Below, one piece after another: positions 47,116-52,409 of a DNA stretch of 52,409 nucleotides. The DNA comes from Actinomycetota bacterium (GTDB lineage: Bacteria; Actinomycetota; Humimicrobiia; Humimicrobiales; Humimicrobiaceae): assembly GCA_051744345.1 (NCBI GenBank), contig JBNJCW010000005.1, positions 1 to 52,409 on the forward strand, read 5' to 3'. The number at the start of each line of letters is the position of its first letter. Position 1 is the stretch's first letter. The notes under the pieces are model-generated. The model worked only from the letters and a program-made list of their open reading frames with translations, was not told the DNA's origin and made no database searches. Both the position numbers and the translations under genes were made by a program.

Positions 47116-48539
47116 GAAAAGCAAAGGTGGTATGCACCATAGGGCCTGCATGCAATGATTACCAGTCTCTCAAGAAGATGATAATGGCGGGAATGGATAT
47201 TGCCAGGATAAATACCTCCCACAGCAGTGAAAATGAAGTGATCCAGGTGGTGGAAAGGATAAGGAAGGCAGCAGGTGAGCTTAAAACCAATACAGCAATA
47301 ATGCTTGACCTGCAGGGCCCCAAAATAAGGGTAGGGGACCTGAAAGAAAATGTGGTGGTAAAAAGAGGGGAGAGCATAAAGCTGACCACCAAAGATGTTA
47401 AGAAAGTGTATGATCCCCAAAAGGGAATAATTATAAATGTAGGCTATAAAGAGTTTATTGATGATATAAGCAGAGGCAATACCGTTTTTATAGATGACGG
47501 GCTCATAGAACTTAAGGTAACCGGGATAAGCAAGTCCCGATCAATGGCTACATGTGAGGTTATAAGGGGAGGGATTATAAAGCCGAACAAGGGCATAAAC
47601 CTGCCGGGGGTAAAGGTAAGCCTGGATTCAGTTACAGAAAAGGACTACTATTTTCTCCAGCTGGGAATAAAGCTGGATGTGGATCTGATAGCCCAGTCAT
47701 TTGTGAGGGATAAGGAGGATGTGGCAAAGATCAAAGAGAGGATAAAGAAAAATAAAAGCCACCAGATGGTTATTGCCAAGATTGAAAAACATGAGGCAAT
47801 TGACAGTTTTGAGGGCATCTTAAGGGAAGCTGATGCGATAATGATAGCCAGGGGAGACCTGGGCATAGAAATTGATGAAGAGGATGTGCCCCTCCTGCAG
47901 AAGAAAATAATAAAGGATACCAATCATGAAGGTAAACCGGTAATTACTGCTACCCAGATGCTTGATTCAATGATCAGGAATCACCGGCCTACCCGTGCGG
48001 AAGTAAGTGATGTTGCCAATGCCATACTGGATGGCTCGGATGCTATAATGCTCTCCGGTGAAACAGCCATAGGCAAATACCCTCTTGAATCCCTGCAGAT
48101 GATGGTAAAGATAATAAATAAAACAGAGCAGGAGCCGGCATACAGCCCCGTAGCAGGAAATTTTTCACAAGAAGAGCCTGAAAGCATTACCCAGGCCATA
48201 AGTTCTGCTTCCTGTGAGGTAGCCCATAAGCTTCATGCTAAAGCCATAGTATCTTCAACCAAGAGCGGCCATACAGCCAGGCAGGTATCTAAAAACAGGC
48301 CCAGGAGCATAATAATTGGTGCAAGCCCCCATGACTATGTGGTAAGGCAATTGATGGCAAGCTGGGGGGTTGTCCCCTTAAAGACAGAATTTGTGGACAA
48401 TATAAATGAAATTGTGGAAGAGGCAATGAAGGTTGCCAGAATAAATGGATTTGCAAAAAAAGGAGATGTGGTAGTGATAACCGCCGGGGTTAACAAGCCT
48501 GGAAGCACCAATATGATAAATGTCAGGAAGATAGAATAA
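47112..48539 (+). CDS. pyk: Pyruvate kinase
   Basis: KVVCTIGPA, RINTSH, DLQGPKIR, AKIE, ARGDLG, ATQMLDSM, MLSGETA; ATGA overlap with mazG. Confidence 0.96.
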   Translation: MRKAKVVCTIGPACNDYQSLKKMIMAGMDIARINTSHSSENEVIQVVERIRKAAGELKTNTAIMLDLQGPKIRVGDLKENVVVKRGESIKLTTKDVKKVYDPQKGIIINVGYKEFIDDISRGNTVFIDDGLIELKVTGISKSRSMATCEVIRGGIIKPNKGINLPGVKVSLDSVTEKDYYFLQLGIKLDVDLIAQSFVRDKEDVAKIKERIKKNKSHQMVIAKIEKHEAIDSFEGILREADAIMIARGDLGIEIDEEDVPLLQKKIIKDTNHEGKPVITATQMLDSMIRNHRPTRAEVSDVANAILDGSDAIMLSGETAIGKYPLESLQMMVKIINKTEQEPAYSPVAGNFSQEEPESITQAISSASCEVAHKLHAKAIVSSTKSGHTARQVSKNRPRSIIIGASPHDYVVRQLMASWGVVPLKTEFVDNINEIVEEAMKVARINGFAKKGDVVVITAGVNKPGSTNMINVRKIE

Positions 48540-48600
48540 ATGCTTGGTGCCATATCTTTGAAAAGGTGAAGGCGGCTGGAAGGCAGATTATTTTACAGGC

Positions 48601-49263
48601 CTAGTCTTCGGTAAACCTTAATTTCTTCAGCTTCTTGTTTTCTCCGATCAGGGTTATTATATCGCCCTCCCTAAACTTGTAATCCACCGGAGGGGGTGAC
48701 TTTATTTGCTGGTCATTGCTTTTGACACTAATTATGGTAACCCCGTATTTATGCCTCAAGTTAAGTTCTATTAAGTCTTTTCCCACCATTATGGAAGGGG
48801 TTTTCATCTCTATGATGCTGATTTCAGGGCTTACCTCCAGAAAATCGATAACATTTGAGCTTATTAGGCTTCTGGCCACCCTTTCCCCCATGTCCTTTTC
48901 AGGATACACTATCATGTCTGCCCCCACTTTATAAAGTACCCTGCCCTGTGTCTTGGTTCCTGCTTTGGCTATTATTTTCTTGGCTCCTTTTTCCTTTAAA
49001 AGGAGGGTAACCAGTATGGAATTCTGTATGTATTTTTCACCTATGCATACTATGCATGCCTCAAAGTCCTGAATCCCTATAGAGCCCAGGATATCTACAT
49101 CTGTGGCATCGCATTTCATTACATCCGCAATCTCTTCAGAAACCCTCTGGATTCTATCTTCAGAATTGTCTATTCCTACCACGCTGTGGCCGTTTTGGGT
49201 GAGGGTCCTGGCAACACTTGCTCCAAACCTTCCCAACCCTATTACTAAAAATTGCTTTTTCAT
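48601..49263 (-). CDS. ktrA: TrkA/KtrA-family RCK regulatory subunit
   Basis: VIGLGRFG, KVGADMIVYPEKDMG, TrkA-C domain. Confidence 0.9.
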   Translation of the reverse strand: MKKQFLVIGLGRFGASVARTLTQNGHSVVGIDNSEDRIQRVSEEIADVMKCDATDVDILGSIGIQDFEACIVCIGEKYIQNSILVTLLLKEKGAKKIIAKAGTKTQGRVLYKVGADMIVYPEKDMGERVARSLISSNVIDFLEVSPEISIIEMKTPSIMVGKDLIELNLRHKYGVTIISVKSNDQQIKSPPPVDYKFREGDIITLIGENKKLKKLRFTED

Positions 49264-49266
49264 AAT

Positions 49267-50613
49267 TTAACCAATAGTTATGCTTTCTTCAGGATATAAA
49301 ATCTTGTTCTGGGTACCCCTTATGGCTATAGCTAATGATAAAGTGCTGATACCAATTCTACCAATAAACATACACAGTATCAATATAATCTTACTGGGCG
49401 TGGACAGGTCAAAGGTAATGCCAGTAGAAAGTCCCACCGTTCCGAAAGCAGAGATAACTTCAAATAAAGCCTCTACCAGGGTGCAGTCTTCAAATATAAG
49501 GAGGCCTATGGTGGAAAAGATTATAAGCATTATGGCGCTAAGGGTTATGGTAAGGGCCCTGTGCACCAGGCCTTCCGGAAGCCTTCTTTTAAAAAATGTA
49601 ACATGGCTTCTCCCCCTTATTGTGGAGATACCGCTGGAGGCAACTGCGGCAAAGGTGGTGGTTTTAATTCCCCCTGCGGTACTTCCGGGAGATCCGCCTA
49701 TAAACATCAAGACGGTTAAGAAGAAGAGTGTTGCAGGTTTTAGGTCCGATATCCTTATGGTGTTAAAGCCGGCAGTCCTGGGGGTAACCGACTGGAAAAA
49801 GCTTGCCAGAAACTTGGTCCCCATAGGCCTTCCTCCAATTGAATCCGGATTTCCAAACTCAAGGAGTAAAAAAAGCAGGGCTCCCAGGCCTATAAGGGCG
49901 CCTGATATTATAAATACCAGTTTGGAATGCAGGGAAAACTGCTTGGTCCTCCTGAATGTTATAATCTCTGAGAGAACCGGAAAACCCAATCCCCCCAGAA
50001 TGATTAATGTAATCATAATCAAATTGAGGTTTATATCACCGGCAAAGGCCTCGAGGCTGGTTGAATAAAGGGAAAAGCCGGCATTATTGAAGGCACTTAT
50101 GGCATGAAAACCACCATATGTTAAAGCACTTCCCAGAGGATAGGAATACCTGAAAAAAAGAATTGAAGATATAAGTATAAAGCCTACAAATTCCATGGCA
50201 AATGTTACCGCTGCAATAAGCATGAAAAACTTGTACGTGCTGAAAGACTGCTGGCGGCCGAAGCTGCTGCTTAAATAAAACTTATCCCTTATGTTAATTT
50301 TCCTTCCCAGAATGATCCCAAAGATTGAGCCTACAGTCATAATCCCCAGTCCTCCAAGCTGGATCAGTATAATTATTACTGTTTTACCCAGCCTGGTAAA
50401 ATAGGTGGGAGTATCCTGCACTATGAGGCCGGTAACACATATCGCAGAGGTGGAGGTAAACAGAGCATCAATATAACTTATCTGGCCGCTGGTGGTCATC
50501 TGGGGAAGCATTAGTATTACTGAACCCATGAGAATTGCTATAGCGAAAGCAGCTAGAACCTGTTTTGCTATCTGATTTTGAGTTTTGGATGAAAATAGGG
50601 GTAATTCTTTCAT
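49267..50613 (-). CDS. ktrB: TrkH/KtrB-family K+ uptake membrane subunit
   Basis: Four pore motifs: SAICVTGL, SAFNNAGF, TPRTAGF, SAFGTVGL. Confidence 0.93.
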   Translation of the reverse strand: MKELPLFSSKTQNQIAKQVLAAFAIAILMGSVILMLPQMTTSGQISYIDALFTSTSAICVTGLIVQDTPTYFTRLGKTVIIILIQLGGLGIMTVGSIFGIILGRKINIRDKFYLSSSFGRQQSFSTYKFFMLIAAVTFAMEFVGFILISSILFFRYSYPLGSALTYGGFHAISAFNNAGFSLYSTSLEAFAGDINLNLIMITLIILGGLGFPVLSEIITFRRTKQFSLHSKLVFIISGALIGLGALLFLLLEFGNPDSIGGRPMGTKFLASFFQSVTPRTAGFNTIRISDLKPATLFFLTVLMFIGGSPGSTAGGIKTTTFAAVASSGISTIRGRSHVTFFKRRLPEGLVHRALTITLSAIMLIIFSTIGLLIFEDCTLVEALFEVISAFGTVGLSTGITFDLSTPSKIILILCMFIGRIGISTLSLAIAIRGTQNKILYPEESITIG

Positions 50614-50798
50614 TTTATTTTTTACTTTATGTTAGAATTATTTTAATAAATTAGAAATACAAACACAATATCAATTTTATTGTTAAAAAAAACTTGAAGT
50701 TAGCAGCCATAGGTATTATTATAAAAGAAAATGTAGAAATAAAAATAGAATAAAATATAGCAAAAGTAATAATAATTTTATAGTTTTTTTACTTAAAA

Positions 50799-51203
50799 AT
50801 GAGTAAAAAAGTAAAAGTAGTTAGCACGCTTTCCAGAAAAGCCAAGATAAACATTCTGGCGGTTATGTTTCTTATTTTCATCACAATTACCGTATACCTG
50901 TCTATTAACCAGGTATCCTCTTTGATAGAAAAAAGGGAAAAAATTGTTGAACTGGAAGAAAGGCTTAGCTGGCTCAGGAATGAAAATATAAGGTTGCTTG
51001 CTGAAGAAAAAAGTTTGTATGGCCAGGAGGGGATAGAAAGAGAAGCAAGAAGCCAGTTCAATATGACCAGAAGAGATGAATATAATTACTTTTTAGTAAC
51101 CGAAGAAGAAATAGAAGAAAAACCAGAACAGGAAACCTTATACTCAAATTCCAATCTCTGGGAGAATATTAAGATATTTTATCACCAGGAAATTAAAGAG
51201 TAA
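50799..51203 (+). CDS. Septum formation initiator (FtsB/DivIC family)
   Basis: Single TM, coiled coil, IEREARSQFNM; conserved position before ppx. Confidence 0.8.
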   Translation: MSKKVKVVSTLSRKAKINILAVMFLIFITITVYLSINQVSSLIEKREKIVELEERLSWLRNENIRLLAEEKSLYGQEGIEREARSQFNMTRRDEYNYFLVTEEEIEEKPEQETLYSNSNLWENIKIFYHQEIKE

Positions 51204-51209
51204 TACTCC

Positions 51210-52130
51210 ATGAATCTTGCTGCTATTGATATAGGCACAAATTCTGTACGGCTGCTTGTTTCTGAATACACCACAGGCAAATTTTCTACCCTGTTTAGGA
51301 CCATGCACATAACCAGGATAGGGGAGAATCTCAGCAAAGACAAACTAATAACCCCTTCTGCTGCTGAAAGGACTTTAAAAACACTAAAGGAGTACAGGGA
51401 TACTGTCAGCCGGTACGGGGTTAAAAAATACAGGGCACTAGGCACCAATGCCCTAAGGAAGGCTGAAAACAGCAGCTGGTTTATAAATTATGCCTTAAGG
51501 GAGACAGGCATAAAAATTGAAATAATAAGCGGGCAAAAAGAAGCAAGCTTAAGCTTTATGGGTGCTACCAAAAGCCTGGACGGAAGAAAAATAAAAAATG
51601 CCTGCCATGACAGCAAGGATGTGCTGGTTTTAGATATCGGCGGGGGAAGCACCGAACTTATTGCAGGGCCCTGCGGAAAGCCCAGGGTGGTATTGAGCCT
51701 TGAGCTGGGTTGTGTTACCTTAACCGAGCGGTATGGTGCTGATACGGATAAGATGGAGGATTACTGCAGAAGGCATTTGGAAGCAAGGCTGGATAAAATA
51801 AGCCCCTATGATTTGGCTGTTAACATTGGGCTTGCAGGAACTATTACCACCCTTGCTGCCATAGACCTGAAACTTGAAAAATATGACCGGGACAGGATAC
51901 ACCACCACAGGCTTTCAAAACAAAACATTGAGGGCATCTACAGTTTTTTAAAAGACATGGACCTGGAGCAAAGGAAAAAGGTAAAAGGGCTTGACCCGAG
52001 AAGGGCAGATATAATAGTTGCCGGTACAGTTATTTTGCTTTCTGTATTAAATTATTTAAGACATGATTATATAATAGTAAGCGAGAATGACCTGCTGGAC
52101 GGAATTATTTACAGCTTAATTGATTTCTGA
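51210..52130 (+). CDS. ppx: Ppx/GppA-family exopolyphosphatase
   Basis: AIDIGTNSVRL, ISGQKEA, DIGGGSTE, RADII. Confidence 0.93.
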   Translation: MNLAAIDIGTNSVRLLVSEYTTGKFSTLFRTMHITRIGENLSKDKLITPSAAERTLKTLKEYRDTVSRYGVKKYRALGTNALRKAENSSWFINYALRETGIKIEIISGQKEASLSFMGATKSLDGRKIKNACHDSKDVLVLDIGGGSTELIAGPCGKPRVVLSLELGCVTLTERYGADTDKMEDYCRRHLEARLDKISPYDLAVNIGLAGTITTLAAIDLKLEKYDRDRIHHHRLSKQNIEGIYSFLKDMDLEQRKKVKGLDPRRADIIVAGTVILLSVLNYLRHDYIIVSENDLLDGIIYSLIDF

Positions 52131-52136
52131 TAAAAT
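52108..52136 (+). promoter_or_regulatory. Probable tRNA promoter
   Basis: TTTACA - 17 nt - TAAAAT with TGn extension, 14 nt before the tRNA. Confidence 0.5.
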
Positions 52137-52150
52137 GTGTAAATCCAAAT

Positions 52151-52238
52151 GCCCGAGTGGCGGAATTGGTAGACGCAACGGACTTAAAATCCGTTGAGGT
52201 TTTTCCTCGTGCCAGTTCGATTCTGGCCTCGGGCACCA
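52151..52238 (+). tRNA. tRNA-Leu (anticodon TAA)
   Basis: Acceptor GCCCGAG/CTCGGGC, anticodon arm ACGGA-CTTAAAA-TCCGT, long variable arm, GTTCGA T-loop, encoded CCA. Confidence 0.97.
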
Positions 52239-52291
52239 CCTTAATATATTAATTGATAATAATATTATAATATTGTTAAGATAATAATCAT

Positions 52292-52316
52292 GGTTCGAAT
52301 CCTCCCTCCCCAGCCA
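52292..52316 (+). other. Isolated tRNA 3' end (tRNA-Gln-like); possible att scar
   Basis: GGTTCGAATCCTCCCTCCCCAGCCA: T-loop, 3' T-stem, acceptor strand and GCCA, with no 5' half upstream. Confidence 0.7.
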
Positions 52317-52331
52317 ACTTTCACTTTTTTC

Positions 52332-52361
52332 TTGACTATGTACATTCATTAGATGTACAAT
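52332..52361 (+). promoter_or_regulatory. Promoter with palindromic operator for the BrnT-like gene
   Basis: TTGACT - 18 nt - TACAAT overlapped by TGTACAT-N7-ATGTACA. Confidence 0.6.
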
Positions 52362-52367
52362 ACTTAT

Positions 52368-52409
52368 ATGATATTTGATTGGAATCCAGAAAAAAATGAG
52401 TGGTTAAAA
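52368..52409 (+). CDS. BrnT/DUF497-like toxin, N-terminus (cut by window end)
   Basis: MIFDWNPEKNEWLK resembles the F.W...KN start of BrnT toxins; only 14 codons visible. Confidence 0.6.
   Translation, partial: MIFDWNPEKNEWLK

Noticed and set aside
46770-50068. Antisense ORFs of 216 aa (mazG/pyk) and 262 aa (ktrB)
   Set aside because: Fully overlap well-supported genes and have no motifs.
52116-52349. 77-aa minus-strand ORF
   Set aside because: Antisense translation of tRNA-Leu and the tRNA fragment.
1-52409. CRISPR array, rRNA, IS element or prophage
   Set aside because: No regularly spaced repeats, rRNA-like tracts, transposase, integrase or phage structural genes seen by eye.

Overview
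Bacterial chromosomal window from a probable anaerobe. The glmU-prs-rplY-pth-mfd-mazG...divIC-ppx-tRNA-Leu order is Actinomycetota-like, but the DNA is not GC-rich, so a low-GC deep-branching actinobacterial lineage is my inference only. Left to right: (1) an MFS exporter divergent from an FmdE / peptide-nickel-family ABC transporter / TsaA-like operon whose promoter carries a NikR-like palindrome; (2) PFOR with a DHODH-like flavoprotein; (3) an accessory stretch (about 12.6-24.3 kb) with a DUF5674 gene pair, unannotated MNT-HEPN and PIN pseudogenes, an archaeal-type ThyA, a heme-membrane plus RnfB-N Fe-S pair, VapBC, an exported MsrA and an atypical Dam-containing R-M-like locus; (4) a cobalamin riboswitch ahead of a cobamide salvage operon running into DUF6485-znuCB-ogt; (5) an RclA/MerA-like oxidoreductase, a URO-D-family pseudogene and a radical SAM gene; (6) the housekeeping block glmU to ppx, with pyk and ktrAB where eno usually sits; (7) tRNA-Leu(TAA), an orphan tRNA-Gln 3' end and the start of a BrnT-like toxin gene. 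No CRISPR array, rRNA, integrase or transposase was seen. All calls come from motif recognition by eye; no searches were run.
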